64,000 bases of DNA from an uncultured Sphingomonadaceae bacterium. GTDB lineage: Bacteria > Pseudomonadota > Alphaproteobacteria > Sphingomonadales > Sphingomonadaceae. The translations under genes were made by a program, and so were the position numbers. Where the stretch lies: the NCBI GenBank assembly GCA_947493955.1, contig CANLSQ010000002.1, forward strand, positions 578,568-642,567, given 5' to 3'. Shown in pieces: positions 1-10,222 of the stretch (position 1 is its first letter; every line of letters starts with the position of its first letter). Below the pieces are notes generated by a model that saw only the letters and a program-made list of their open reading frames with translations, was not told the origin of the DNA and ran no database searches.

Positions 1-1642
1 GCGCGTCGGGTTTCGCGAGGAAATGGGCAAAGCGTTCACGCACTTTCTCCTCGCTCAGTGCCGCCCAGATATAGGGCGCGAATTTCGGGTCACGCGGCAA
101 GATGCCGATGTTTGATTTGTCGCCCTTGTCCCCGGATCGGCCCCAGGCGAGGGTGATCAGCGGCACGTCTGTCATTGGCTCTGCGTTGCCAGGCTGAGCA
201 GGTGGATCAGGGCGCTGGATGGATGCGGTATTAAAAGCCGCTCCCTTGGCTTCAGCAAATACTTGACTATCATCGCCTACCGTCACGGAAAGCGAAACTT
301 CCGATTTCGGCACCAGCAAGGAGAACAGCCGCACTACCGGGGAGGGCTTGGGCCTCCCACCAGCGAACAGCGCCAATCCCGGCGGCGTGGCGAGGCCCAT
401 GCCGGTTGCTTCCTTGAGCAGCAACATAGTTGCTTTCGGATCGCGATGTTTGACGCCGATTTTCAGAACCAGTTCGCGTGTTTCCGCAGCCTGTCCAAAG
501 GCACCAAAATGACTGTCATCGCCTAGTGTCTCAATCAGCACCTCGTCAAAATCACCGGCATTGGACGCGCGCAATTTGGCTTGTGTCCGCTTGAGAGCAT
601 TTTCGGCAAAGCTCTCTGCTTTTCTTTTCGCGTCCATGCCGATGAAGAAAAACGGCGCGACCATCTTCCAGCCATCGGAGTAGGTGGCACAGGTCTTGTA
701 ACTGTCCGGTGCGACATGGCCGATGGCACCGGAAACGGCGACGCGATTGTCGCCTATCTGCTCCAAAGTCACCGCGCTGAAATCGCAAACCACGTCCGGC
801 AGCATGTAGGCTTGCGGATCACCAATTTCATAGAGCATCTGCTCGCCGATCATGCCGATATTGACGATACCGCCTGTGCCTTGCGGTTTGGTGGCGATGA
901 AGCTGCCGTTCCTGGAAATTTCTGCAATCGGGTAGCCGGCATTGTCCATGCTGCCCGCGATGCTTTCCCAGTCTGTGAAATTGCCACCGGTCGCTTGCGG
1001 CCCGCATTCCAATATGTGTCCGGCCAAGCTGGCGCCTGCCAGTTGGTCCAGATCATCACGGCTCCAACCAAATTCATGGATGCAGGCTCCGAGTGTCACA
1101 GCGCTATCAACACAGCGGCCGGTGATCACTATGTCTGCTCCCTGATCGAGAGCGGCTGCAATCGGAAAAGCACCGAGGTAGGCGTTGATGCTCGCGATGT
1201 TCTTCGGGTCTGGAAAAGTTTCGCCGGAAAACATTTCATGAGCGCCGGCAAAGTCCGCCGCACGGGCGGTCAGGTCATCGCCAGTCACAACGGCGACTTT
1301 AATATCCAGCCCGGCTTCTGCAATCACCTCGCGCACGGCCGCTGCACAGGCAACCGGATTGGTACCGCCAGCGTTGGAGATCAGCTTGATACCCTGTTTG
1401 GCGATAGCGCCAATATTCGGCTTGATCACTGCAGAGACGAAATCGGTCGCATAGCCGAGATCGGGATTTTTCGCCCGGGCCCGCGCCATGATCGACATGG
1501 TAATTTCCGCGAGATAATCGAAGACGATATAATCAAGACCGCTGCCATTCTCAGCCGCTTTCAAAAGCTGCGGCACCGCCATATCGGACTCGCCCCAGAA
1601 ACCACTGGCTCCGCCAATCCGGATGATCTTGTCATTTGACAC
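1..1642 (-). CDS. AtuA-like acyclic terpene utilisation family protein (DUF1446); C-terminus runs off the window start
   Basis: The minus-strand frame is open from a GTG at 1642 (GGAGA RBS 5 nt upstream) to position 1. Translation VSNDKIIRIGGASGFWGESDMAVPQLL...DIVITGRCVDSAV...LAGHILECGPQATGGNF matches the AtuA/DUF1446 family. It is absent from the ORF track because it is truncated by the window edge; the listed + ORF 581..1639 is its antisense shadow. Confidence 0.7.
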   Translation of the reverse strand, partial: MSNDKIIRIGGASGFWGESDMAVPQLLKAAENGSGLDYIVFDYLAEITMSIMARARAKNPDLGYATDFVSAVIKPNIGAIAKQGIKLISNAGGTNPVACAAAVREVIAEAGLDIKVAVVTGDDLTARAADFAGAHEMFSGETFPDPKNIASINAYLGAFPIAAALDQGADIVITGRCVDSAVTLGACIHEFGWSRDDLDQLAGASLAGHILECGPQATGGNFTDWESIAGSMDNAGYPIAEISRNGSFIATKPQGTGGIVNIGMIGEQMLYEIGDPQAYMLPDVVCDFSAVTLEQIGDNRVAVSGAIGHVAPDSYKTCATYSDGWKMVAPFFFIGMDAKRKAESFAENALKRTQAKLRASNAGDFDEVLIETLGDDSHFGAFGQAAETRELVLKIGVKHRDPKATMLLLKEATGMGLATPPGLALFAGGRPKPSPVVRLFSLLVPKSEVSLSVTVGDDSQVFAEAKGAAFNTASIQRPDPPAQPGNAEPMTDVPLITLAWGRSGDKGDKSNIGILPRDPKFAPYIWAALSEEKVRERFAHFLAKPDA

Positions 1643-1644
1643 AT

Positions 1645-1689
1645 CGAGTCTCCTATGGCTATTTGAATAGCACTCGGTATTTTCGAGTC
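1645..1689. promoter_or_regulatory. Candidate TetR (AtuR-like) operator in the divergent atuA-like / tetR intergenic region
   Basis: Inverted repeat CACTCG-gtatttt-CGAGTC at 1671-1689, plus an additional CGAGTC half-site at 1645-1650. It sits in the 68 bp gap between the divergent genes. Confidence 0.35.
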
Positions 1690-1710
1690 AAGCTCAATAA
1701 GGGACAGGTT

Positions 1711-2442
1711 TTGACCACCAAAGCAGTCAATCCGGAGACACAGCGTGCCAAGCTGGAGCGCAAGGAGCGCGCTATTCTGGAAGCCGCGCGTGGCGTCTTT
1801 GTTGAGCATGGCTTTGATGGCGCACGCATGTCCGAAATTGCCCGCCGCGCCAGCATTGGTGAGGGCACCATCTACAGCTATTATGAATCCAAGGCGGAAT
1901 TGATGCTGGCGGTGTTACAGCAATTTTGGGATGGCCTGACCTTGGAGGCGGAAGCGGTCATGGCGTCTGCGCAAGTGGATGATTTTTTTGAACGTTTACA
2001 GGCGCTGGCAGAATATCACCTGGGTACCGTTATTGCGAATGCAGACTTTATCAACCTGACCTTTGCCTTGCGCCGCAATAATAGCGAAGTCAGCGTGTCG
2101 CGTGATCATCTGCGTCATTATGTGGCGGTGTTCGATAGTCTGTTCCGGCGCGGACAGGATCGCGGGGAACTTCGGCGCGATGCGGTGCTCTGGCAGGCGC
2201 GTGATATATTTTACGGCACGTTGGAATATAGCGCGCGGTCGATTGAAATGACAATGGATACAGACCGCACGGAGCGGCTGCAGGGACCAGTTGTGGATGA
2301 GATGATATCCCTGTTCCACAGCCATTATGCGGTGGCGCATGACACCATTGAAACCGACAGGGTGACGCTAGATAGCATGTCGTCGAAACTGGATCAGCTT
2401 TCCGAACAATTTGACGCGCTTGCCAGACGGCTACCCCAATAA
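1711..2442 (+). CDS. TetR/AcrR family transcriptional regulator
   Basis: The ORF 1636..2442 contains the TetR HTH (ARMSEIARRASIGEGTIYSYYESKAELM). Its listed TTG start overlaps the divergent atuA-like gene. An internal TTG at 1711 preceded by GGGACAGG is the more plausible start. Confidence 0.7.
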   Translation: MTTKAVNPETQRAKLERKERAILEAARGVFVEHGFDGARMSEIARRASIGEGTIYSYYESKAELMLAVLQQFWDGLTLEAEAVMASAQVDDFFERLQALAEYHLGTVIANADFINLTFALRRNNSEVSVSRDHLRHYVAVFDSLFRRGQDRGELRRDAVLWQARDIFYGTLEYSARSIEMTMDTDRTERLQGPVVDEMISLFHSHYAVAHDTIETDRVTLDSMSSKLDQLSEQFDALARRLPQ

Positions 2443-2452
2443 ACGACCCAAT

Positions 2453-2486
2453 AAAAAGGGCCCCCGAAGGAGCCCTTTCCTGTTCG
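2453..2486. terminator. Bidirectional intrinsic terminator between convergent tetR and fadB-like genes
   Basis: Hairpin AAAGGGC-cccccgaagga-GCCCTTT. It is flanked by an A-tract upstream and tttcctgttcgtttt downstream, so there is a U-run on both strands. Confidence 0.6.
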
Positions 2487-2500
2487 TTTTGTAAGCTGGC

Positions 2501-4690
2501 TTATGCCGCTTTGTAAAAGCTCTCACCCGCATCCGCTTTTTCGCGGAAGCTCATCGGCGGCTTGAACCGCTCTCCATATTTCTGGGCGAGCATATCGGCG
2601 GTGCGCACGAAACTATCGACGCCGATCGTGTCGATATGGCTCATCGGGCCGCCGGTCCATGGCGCAAAGCCCCAGCCGAAGATCGCGCCGAGATCGGCAG
2701 ATTGCGGATCAGAGACAACACCTTCGTCAAAGCACTGCGCTGTGGCAATCAGCTGGATGTACATCAAGCGCTGCTTGACTTCCTCAACCGTTGGCTGGTC
2801 TTCGGCGAGCGGGAAATGCTCTTTCAGACCTGGCCACAGTTTCTTTGATCCATCATCGGCATATTCATAGAAGCCGCCACCAAAGCGACGTCCGCGACGG
2901 TCGATCTTCTTGACCATCAGCTCCATGAGATCCTCGGTCCCGCTGGGAACATAGGCATCGCCCATTTCTTCCTTGGTTGACGTCATGATGTCGTAACCCA
3001 GCTGTAGGGTGGTTTCATCAACAATCGCCAGCGGACCAATCGGCATGCCCATGGATATCGCGGCATTTTCGATCAGTGCCGGGTTAACGCCTTCGGCCAC
3101 CATCATGGTTGCTTCATTGGCATAAGGCGGGAAGACGCGGTTGGTATAGAACCCGCGGACATCTTTCACGACAATCGGGGTCTTGCGGATCTTGGCGTTG
3201 TAATCGAGCGCCACGGCCAGAGCCTTGTCGCCGGTTTCTTCACCCGGGATGATTTCAAGGAGCGGCATTTTCTCGACTGGTGAGAAAAAGTGCATGCCGA
3301 TAAACTGATCCGGCCGCTCGCTGTTTTTCGCCAGACCTGTAATCGGAAGCGTCGAGGTGTTGGAAGCGAAAACAACGTCCTTGCCGATCACCGCTTCGGT
3401 TTTCTTGATCACATCGGCTTTGACATCGGGACGCTCAAACACCGCTTCGATGATCAGGTCGACATCTTTGAGATCATCATAATTATCGGTCGGGGTAATC
3501 CGCGCCATGAAGGCGTCGGCTTTTTCCTGCGTCATCTTGCCGCGCTTCACGCCTTTGTCGACAATCTTCTGGCTATAGTCGATCGCTTTTTGTGCTTCTT
3601 CCATATTGCGGTCGAGGACGATGACATTCATTCCGCCCTTGGCCGTTACATGCGTAATGCCAGAGCCCATCAGACCTGCGCCCAGGACACCAACAGTCTT
3701 GAGTTCGGTTGCCGGAACGCCTTCGGGACGCATCGCGCCTTTGTCCGCGGCCTGCTTATTCACGAACAAGGTCCGGATCATATTCTTGGCTTGTGGGCCG
3801 GTGAGCAATTTGGTGAAATATTTGCTTTCCACTTTGAGTGCGGTGTCAATCGGAAGCATCGAACCTTCATAGAGACAAGACAGGATCGCCTTGACCGCTT
3901 CATAATTGCCCTTGCTCTGTTTCAGCGCCATGGCCGAAGAGCCGAGGTAAAGCGGCACGGCACGCGGGTCCATGGAACCGGCACCACCAGGGAATTTCCA
4001 GCCCTTCTTGTCCCATGGAGCAGAAGCCTTCGGATTGGCTTTAACCCATTCTTTGGCCTTGGCGACAACGTCCTCCGCAGGGACAACTTCATCGACAATT
4101 TTCTGCGCGAGCGCTGCCTGCGGGTTCATCGGCTGACCCATCATGATCGCCATGCCAGCAGCCTGCAATCCGGCAAGGCGCGGCAGACGCTGGGTTCCGC
4201 CGCCGCCGGGCAGCAGGCCAACCTGCACTTCGGGAAGGCCGAGTTGCAATTTCGGGTGATCGGCACAAACGCGGTAATGGCAGGCCAGTGCCAGTTCCAG
4301 ACCGCCGCCCAGGGCCAGCCCGTTGATCGCGCAGGCAACAGGCTTTGCATGCGCCTTGCCTTTCAGCAGGTCTTTCGCGCTGTTGCCGCCTGTTTCCATC
4401 TTGCGCAAGATAGCGTTCAATCCCCAAGCCTGTTCAAAAGCTTCTTTCATTGTTTCAGCCTTGGAAGAGCCAAGCATGTTGAGGTCAGCGCCGGCGAGGA
4501 AGCCGGATTTCTTGCCGGACGTGATCACGGCGCCTTTAATATCGTCATTGGCAATCAGCTCGTCGACGAATTTCGGGAAGTCAGCCATCAGGCCTTCGTT
4601 CCAGACGTTCATCGACTGGCCGGGAAGGTCGATGGTGACAAGGGCAATGCCGTCGCTGTCAATATCGACGGTGAGTGTTTCGTAAGTCAT
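2501..4690 (-). CDS. Fatty acid oxidation complex alpha subunit (enoyl-CoA hydratase / 3-hydroxyacyl-CoA dehydrogenase, FadB/FadJ-like)
   Basis: 729 aa. It has an N-terminal crotonase fold (GFLAGADLN), a central 3HCDH NAD-binding region ([13 protein letters not shown]) and a C-terminal 3HCDH domain. It sits immediately downstream of the thiolase gene. Confidence 0.9.
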   Translation of the reverse strand: MTYETLTVDIDSDGIALVTIDLPGQSMNVWNEGLMADFPKFVDELIANDDIKGAVITSGKKSGFLAGADLNMLGSSKAETMKEAFEQAWGLNAILRKMETGGNSAKDLLKGKAHAKPVACAINGLALGGGLELALACHYRVCADHPKLQLGLPEVQVGLLPGGGGTQRLPRLAGLQAAGMAIMMGQPMNPQAALAQKIVDEVVPAEDVVAKAKEWVKANPKASAPWDKKGWKFPGGAGSMDPRAVPLYLGSSAMALKQSKGNYEAVKAILSCLYEGSMLPIDTALKVESKYFTKLLTGPQAKNMIRTLFVNKQAADKGAMRPEGVPATELKTVGVLGAGLMGSGITHVTAKGGMNVIVLDRNMEEAQKAIDYSQKIVDKGVKRGKMTQEKADAFMARITPTDNYDDLKDVDLIIEAVFERPDVKADVIKKTEAVIGKDVVFASNTSTLPITGLAKNSERPDQFIGMHFFSPVEKMPLLEIIPGEETGDKALAVALDYNAKIRKTPIVVKDVRGFYTNRVFPPYANEATMMVAEGVNPALIENAAISMGMPIGPLAIVDETTLQLGYDIMTSTKEEMGDAYVPSGTEDLMELMVKKIDRRGRRFGGGFYEYADDGSKKLWPGLKEHFPLAEDQPTVEEVKQRLMYIQLIATAQCFDEGVVSDPQSADLGAIFGWGFAPWTGGPMSHIDTIGVDSFVRTADMLAQKYGERFKPPMSFREKADAGESFYKAA

Positions 4691-4744
4691 GAATTTTGTC
4701 CTGCTAAATATGGGATTGGAGTGATTGGAGGCTCTCGCCGCGCT

Positions 4745-5959
4745 CTATTTCACTCGCTCAATGATGGTGGCAATACCCATGCCGCCGCCGATACACAGCG
4801 TCGACAAAGCGGTCTGCTTATTGGAGCGTTCCAGCTCGTCCAGCACCGTGCCAAGGATCATCGCGCCCGTGGCGCCCAAAGGATGGCCCATGGCAATCGC
4901 GCCGCCATTCACGTTGATATCGCTATGATCGACATTCATTGCTTCCATGAAGCGCAGGACCACAGCGGCAAATGCCTCGTTCAATTCCCAAACATCAATG
5001 TCGCTGGCATCCATGCCCGCGCGCTTAAGCGCTTTTTGCGCGGCAAATTCAGGGCCGGTCAGCATGATGGTGGGCTCTGAACCGATAGAGGCCATGGAAA
5101 CAATCCGGGCTCGCGGTTTCAGGCCATATTTGGTGCCTGCTTCTTCGTTACCGATCAGCACCGCTGCAGCACCGTCAACAATACCCGAACTGTTGCCGGC
5201 ATGGTGGACGTGGTTCATTTTCTCGACATCAGGATGCTTCAGGATCGCGACATCGTTAAAACCTGGCATCTGCTCGCCCATCATCTGGAAGGCAGGGTTA
5301 AGCGAACCCAGAGACTGCATGTCTGTTTCCGGGCGCATCAGTTCGTCATGGTCAAGAACGGTTTCGCCGATCACGTCCTTGATTGGCAGGATGGATTTTT
5401 CGAAACGCTTTTCTTCCCAGCTTTTGCCAGCGCGTTTCTGGCTTTCCACGGCATAGGCGTCGACATCATCGCGGCTATAGCCATATTTGGTGGCGATCAG
5501 ATCGGCGGAAATACCCTGAGGTACGAAATATTCCTGAAAAACGAGGGTGGGGTCAGCCATGCCGCCCAAACCGTCGCTGCCCATCGGGATACGGGACATG
5601 GACTCAACGCCCCCGCCAACGGCCAGATCCGCTTCGCCCGATTTAACCTTGCCAGCTGCAATATTTACGGCTTCGAGGCCAGAACCGCAGAAACGGTTGA
5701 CCTGAATAGCCGAGGTCGTGTCGGCATAGCCAGCTTTGAGGGCTGCCATACGGCTGATCACGGCGCCTTGCTCACCCACGGGAGAGACGCAGCCATAAGC
5801 AATATCTTCGACTTCATGACCATCCAGTTCGTTACGGTCATTGACCGAAGCAAGCACTTGAGATGCAAGATCAAGAGCGGTGATTTCGTGCAAGCTGCCG
5901 TCGCTGCGGCCTTTCCCGCGCGGGCTGCGCACAGCGTCATAAATATAGGCTTCGGTCAT
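4745..5959 (-). CDS. Acetyl-CoA C-acyltransferase (3-ketoacyl-CoA thiolase, FadA-like)
   Basis: 404 aa with thiolase signatures ([11 protein letters not shown] near the N-terminus, C-terminal GHPLGATGA and CIGGGMGIA). Forms an operon with the FadB-like gene. Confidence 0.9.
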   Translation of the reverse strand: MTEAYIYDAVRSPRGKGRSDGSLHEITALDLASQVLASVNDRNELDGHEVEDIAYGCVSPVGEQGAVISRMAALKAGYADTTSAIQVNRFCGSGLEAVNIAAGKVKSGEADLAVGGGVESMSRIPMGSDGLGGMADPTLVFQEYFVPQGISADLIATKYGYSRDDVDAYAVESQKRAGKSWEEKRFEKSILPIKDVIGETVLDHDELMRPETDMQSLGSLNPAFQMMGEQMPGFNDVAILKHPDVEKMNHVHHAGNSSGIVDGAAAVLIGNEEAGTKYGLKPRARIVSMASIGSEPTIMLTGPEFAAQKALKRAGMDASDIDVWELNEAFAAVVLRFMEAMNVDHSDINVNGGAIAMGHPLGATGAMILGTVLDELERSNKQTALSTLCIGGGMGIATIIERVK

Positions 5960-6031
5960 GCGATATTCCTTATTTTGAAAAAATCTGAACTATTAAGTGC
6001 ATAGTTAATGTTGCGCTGCAGCACAGTCAAG

Positions 6032-6050
6032 CAGTTTACGTAAACGTCAA
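6032..6050. promoter_or_regulatory. Perfect 12 bp palindrome GTTTACGTAAAC (extended cagTTTACGTAAACGtcaa) in the fadAB promoter region
   Basis: Seen directly in the intergenic region 5960-6149. A near-identical motif recurs at 35737-35757 upstream of etfB. Confidence 0.5.
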
Positions 6051-6149
6051 TCGCGAAAGATATGCGACTCGCCTTGTCTTTCTTCTGCTTCCGATCAGTC
6101 TAACCGAGGCAGGGCCCTATTCAAGCCAGAACCTTGTTCGAGTCAGGCC

Positions 6150-7310
6150 CTATTCCAGGATGCTTTGATATTTCTGGCTGAACACATCACGGCCGACAAT
6201 ATAGCGCATGATCTCGCTGCTGCCGGCATAGATGCGGCTCATCCGCGCATCGGTGAAAATGCGGCTGATCTCATATTCCTTCATATAGCCTGCGCCGCCA
6301 TGCAATTGCAGACCCAGATCGGCCATTTCCCATTCAATCTCACTGCCCAGCATCTTGCCCTTGGCCGCAATATTGGCGTTAAGGCCGCCTTGATTATGCA
6401 CCTCGACGCAATGGTCGATATAGACTTGCAGCATATCGATCTTGGCATCCATCTCTGCCATCTTGAACTGCGTATTCTGCATGTCTGACAGTTTCTTGCC
6501 AAACACATCGCGTTCCATGACAAATTCCCGCGTGACGTCAAAAGCCCGCCGCGCAGACGCGCCATAACCGACCATACCGATCAGTCGTTCCTCGGCCAAA
6601 CCTTCCATCAGATGGATAAAGCCTTTTCCCGGTGTACCGAGCTGATTTTCCTTTGGAATTTTGACGTTATCAAAAAATAGCTCCGCCGTGTCCTGCGCAT
6701 GCAGACCGATTTTTTCCAGATTCTGGCCGCGTTCGAAACCTTCCATGCCGCGCTCGACGATCAGCAACACCATCGCATGCTTGTCGTCGACGCCCGCTAT
6801 TTTTGCTGCAACGATTACCACGTCCGCGTTAATGCCGTTGGAGATATAGGTTTTGGAGCCGTTCAGCACCCAGTGATCGCCATTATCGGTGGCGGTTGTC
6901 TTCATGCCGGACAAGTCACTGCCAGCGCCAGGCTCGGTCATGGCGACGGCGAGGATGGTTTCACCGCTGACGCATTTGGGCAGGAAGCGTTCGCGCTGTT
7001 CCTCGTTGCCGATATTCTTGAAATAGGGGCCAACGAGGCGGCTGTGCAGGGTGTTATACCATTCAGCGCAGCCCGCCCGGGTGGTCTCCTCAATAATAAT
7101 CTGCTCATAGCGGAAATCATCATCGCCCATGCCGCCATATTTTTCATCCGGCCAGATCATCAGGAAACCCTGATCACCCGCTTTTTTGAAAATCTCGCGG
7201 TCTACTATGCCTGCCTCACGAAATTCGTCCATGCGCGGAGCAACTTCATCAGCCAGAAAGCGGCGATAAGCATCGCGGAACATATGCTGTTCTTCGGTAA
7301 ATTTACGCAT
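6150..7310 (-). CDS. Acyl-CoA dehydrogenase
   Basis: 386 aa. ACAD N, middle and C-terminal domain motifs (GSKTYISNG, LHGGAGYMKEYEISRIFTDARMSRIYAGSSEIM). Confidence 0.9.
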   Translation of the reverse strand: MRKFTEEQHMFRDAYRRFLADEVAPRMDEFREAGIVDREIFKKAGDQGFLMIWPDEKYGGMGDDDFRYEQIIIEETTRAGCAEWYNTLHSRLVGPYFKNIGNEEQRERFLPKCVSGETILAVAMTEPGAGSDLSGMKTTATDNGDHWVLNGSKTYISNGINADVVIVAAKIAGVDDKHAMVLLIVERGMEGFERGQNLEKIGLHAQDTAELFFDNVKIPKENQLGTPGKGFIHLMEGLAEERLIGMVGYGASARRAFDVTREFVMERDVFGKKLSDMQNTQFKMAEMDAKIDMLQVYIDHCVEVHNQGGLNANIAAKGKMLGSEIEWEMADLGLQLHGGAGYMKEYEISRIFTDARMSRIYAGSSEIMRYIVGRDVFSQKYQSILE

Positions 7311-7492
7311 GGGAGGAATCCTTCGAATTTATCTGATAAGCGCCAATATGACCGTCAAGCGCGATATCGAATCGGCTTTAACTGGTCAATTAAAACATGG
7401 TCCGGACACCGGCTGCAACCTGTTCTTTTTGCCATGATCGCTGATCCCAGTTGGCCGTTGCAATTATTTGAAAAGCCTTGTTAAGAGGTTCA

Positions 7493-8077
7493 ATGGCGAA
7501 AAATGAAGACAGACCATTCATATTGGGCCTTGGCGGCACAACCAATCCGCACAGCTCGACCGAACAGGCATTGGCCATTGCCCTGAAGACCGCTTCGGAA
7601 GCCGGTGCTGAGACAGAATTGTTCGGATCGGAACGGCTTTGCGCTCTTCCGCATTATCTTTCGGATCCTGCCGGACTCAATGAAACTGGTAAGGCGCTTG
7701 TAGAATCCGTCCGCCGAGCTGATGGGATCATATTGGCCAGTCCCGGTTATCATGGGACCATCTCGGGTCTGGTCAAAAACGCCGTTGATTATGTTGAGGA
7801 AACGGCGGGCGATGATCGGGTCTATCTGGATGGCCTGCCCGTCGGATTGATTGTTACCGCCTATGGCTGGCAAGCGACGGGTTCAACCTTGGCGGCGATG
7901 CGTTCGATTGTTCATGCGCTGCGCGGCTGGCCGACACCGCTTGGTGTGGGGATCAATGCGTCCGGCGGAATATTCAAAGACGGACTATGTACGGATGAAA
8001 GCGTGAACGAGCAGCTCCACCTTGTCGCCCAACAGGTTATGCGTGGTTCGCACCGGCGAGAATATCTCGATCAATAA
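7493..8077 (+). CDS. NAD(P)H-dependent FMN reductase family protein (flavodoxin-like fold)
   Basis: The ORF 7478..8077 is taken from the ATG at 7493, which has an AAGAGG RBS. FMN_red-family motif ILGLGGTTNPHSSTEQ...ILASPGYHGTISGLVKNAVD. Confidence 0.75.
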   Translation: MAKNEDRPFILGLGGTTNPHSSTEQALAIALKTASEAGAETELFGSERLCALPHYLSDPAGLNETGKALVESVRRADGIILASPGYHGTISGLVKNAVDYVEETAGDDRVYLDGLPVGLIVTAYGWQATGSTLAAMRSIVHALRGWPTPLGVGINASGGIFKDGLCTDESVNEQLHLVAQQVMRGSHRREYLDQ

Positions 8078-9094
8078 TTATTCCGGCGGTGAATTGCCGT
8101 AAAAGTCGCGAAACCAGCTGACAAAGCGCTTTAAGCCGTCTTCCAGCATGACCTCCGGTTCATAGCCCGTCAGCGCATGCAGTTTCGACACATCGGCATA
8201 GGTCGCGGTGACGTCTCCGGGCTGCATGGGACGCATGATTTTTTCCGCTTCCATACCCAGTGCCTGCTCCAGCGCTTCGATCATGTCCATCAGACCGATG
8301 GGCCGGCTGTCACCGATATTCAAGACCCGATGTTCGCCAGAGGCTGGCGGATTGTCCAAAGACCCCAATATACCATCAACAATATCGTCAATATAGGTGA
8401 AGTCCCGGGCCATTTTGCCTTCGCCATAAACTTCGATGGGCTCGCCAGCGAGGATCTTTTTGGTGAATCCGAAATAGGCCATATCCGGCCGGCCCCATGG
8501 CCCGTAGACGGTGAAAAACCGCAGGCCGGTTTGCGGAAAGCCGTAAAGCTTTGCATAGGATGCGCTCATCAATTCGCAGGAGCGTTTGGTCGCTGCATAA
8601 AGCGACACAGGATCAACAGCTGGTTCTTCTTCTACAAAACCCGCGCCGCCCATCGGTTTGTCGCCATAGACAGAGCTGGATGACGCATAGACCAGATGTT
8701 CAAAATCCGGCGCATGGCGGCTGGCCTCCAGCAGGCTTAAATGGCCTTCCAGATTCGATTTTTGATACGCGAATGGATTGTCGATGCTATAACGCACACC
8801 GGCCTGGGCGGCGAGATGGATGATGCGCTTCACGGCATGTTCTTGCACCAGTTTGCTGACACCATCGGCGTCGGAAACATCCAGTTCGGCAAATTGAAAC
8901 CCTGGCAATTTCTGTAAGTTTTCAAGCCGCGCCGCTTTCAGCTTCGGATCATAATAATCATTCAGATTATCGATACCGATGACGCTCTCCCCGCGCGCGA
9001 TCAGCTGTTGAGAAACCGCGTGGCCGATGAATCCCGCTGCGCCGGTAACCAATATGGTGTTATAATGATGCAATTTATCATCCATCTGGTTCAT
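8078..9094 (-). CDS. NAD-dependent epimerase/dehydratase (UDP-glucuronate/UDP-glucose 4-epimerase-like)
   Basis: 338 aa with the extended SDR fold. TGAAGFIG Rossmann motif and catalytic YASSSSVYG...K. Confidence 0.8.
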   Translation of the reverse strand: MNQMDDKLHHYNTILVTGAAGFIGHAVSQQLIARGESVIGIDNLNDYYDPKLKAARLENLQKLPGFQFAELDVSDADGVSKLVQEHAVKRIIHLAAQAGVRYSIDNPFAYQKSNLEGHLSLLEASRHAPDFEHLVYASSSSVYGDKPMGGAGFVEEEPAVDPVSLYAATKRSCELMSASYAKLYGFPQTGLRFFTVYGPWGRPDMAYFGFTKKILAGEPIEVYGEGKMARDFTYIDDIVDGILGSLDNPPASGEHRVLNIGDSRPIGLMDMIEALEQALGMEAEKIMRPMQPGDVTATYADVSKLHALTGYEPEVMLEDGLKRFVSWFRDFYGNSPPE

Positions 9095-9185
9095 AGATTC
9101 ATTCCTCGGTCATTCGGGACCATTGTCTGGCGCAGTAACAGCAAAAAACACAGAATTCCAATGAACTGGCTTCGGTTCAGCCCAT

Positions 9186-10220
9186 TTATCCATCAAATCG
9201 CACAACATAGTCGTCAATATGGCGGAGAGATTGCGCAATGGTTTCCTCGTCGAGAAACGAACCGCGGAAGCTATTTTGGGCTAGCGCGACAATGTCATCC
9301 TTGTCGAGGTCCAGGGCTGACGCCGTTGCCTCGTAATTATCATTCAGATATCCGCCAAAATAGGATGGGTCGTCGGAATTGATGGTGGCGCGCAGGCCGA
9401 GGTGCAGCATTTTTTTCAGCGGATGATCCTTGAGATCATCCACTACGCACAGCGACAAATTGGACAAGGGACAGACAGTTAGCGTCATTTGATTGTCTTG
9501 CAGTCTTTGAACAAGCCGAGGATCTTCCAATGACCGGTTGCCGTGGTCCATGCGCTCTATCTTCAAAATGTCGAGGGCTTCCCAGACATAGTCCGGCGGT
9601 CCTTCTTCGCCGGCATGGGCCACTGCCTTGAGGCCAAGGGCTTTAGCTTTGGCAAAGACCTTGGCAAATTTGGAAGGTGGATGACCCAGTTCGGATGAAT
9701 CAAGCCCAACCCCAGCGATTCTATCTAGATAAGGCGTTGCCTCGCCAAGCGTTGCGAGCGCGTCCTCTTCGCTTAAATGGCGCAAGAAACACATGATCAG
9801 CTGTGAGGATATCTGCAGGTCCGATTGCGCATCGTCCATGGCGCGCAATATGCCGTCTATTGCGGTCGAAAAGGCGACCCCGCGCTCGGTATGGCCCTGC
9901 GGATCAAAAAATATCTCGGCATGGATTGCATTGTCAGCGTGGATACGCCGAAAATAGGCCATGGTCAGGTCATAGAAATCCTGTTCGGTGCGCAGGACAT
10001 TCATTCCCTGATAATAGATATCCAGGAAATCCTGCAGATTTGAGAAGGCATAGGCCTTGCGCACTTCTTCGGCCGAAGCAAAGGGGATGTCGATGGCGTT
10101 GCGCTGCGCCAGCGCAAACATCATTTCCGGTTCAAGCGATCCTTCAATATGCAGATGCAGTTCGGCTTTCGGAATACCGGCAATGAAGGCTTGACGCTGT
10201 TCGGGGGATGCAAAAGACAT
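9186..10220 (-). CDS. add: Adenosine deaminase family protein (ADA-like; the alphaproteobacterial type may act on adenine)
   Basis: 344 aa with metal-binding motifs HLHIEGS and HAGE plus SINSDDP. Adjacent to a phosphoribosyltransferase gene (purine salvage). Confidence 0.85.
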   Translation of the reverse strand: MSFASPEQRQAFIAGIPKAELHLHIEGSLEPEMMFALAQRNAIDIPFASAEEVRKAYAFSNLQDFLDIYYQGMNVLRTEQDFYDLTMAYFRRIHADNAIHAEIFFDPQGHTERGVAFSTAIDGILRAMDDAQSDLQISSQLIMCFLRHLSEEDALATLGEATPYLDRIAGVGLDSSELGHPPSKFAKVFAKAKALGLKAVAHAGEEGPPDYVWEALDILKIERMDHGNRSLEDPRLVQRLQDNQMTLTVCPLSNLSLCVVDDLKDHPLKKMLHLGLRATINSDDPSYFGGYLNDNYEATASALDLDKDDIVALAQNSFRGSFLDEETIAQSLRHIDDYVVRFDG

Positions 10221-10222
10221 AT

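Noticed and set aside
581-1639. 352 aa plus-strand ORF
   Set aside because: It is the antisense shadow of the AtuA-like gene. The translation is Gly/Arg/Ala-rich junk typical of GC-rich reverse frames.
3290-5080. 596 aa plus-strand ORF spanning the fadB/fadA region
   Set aside because: Antisense to two well-supported genes. Low-complexity composition with no motifs.
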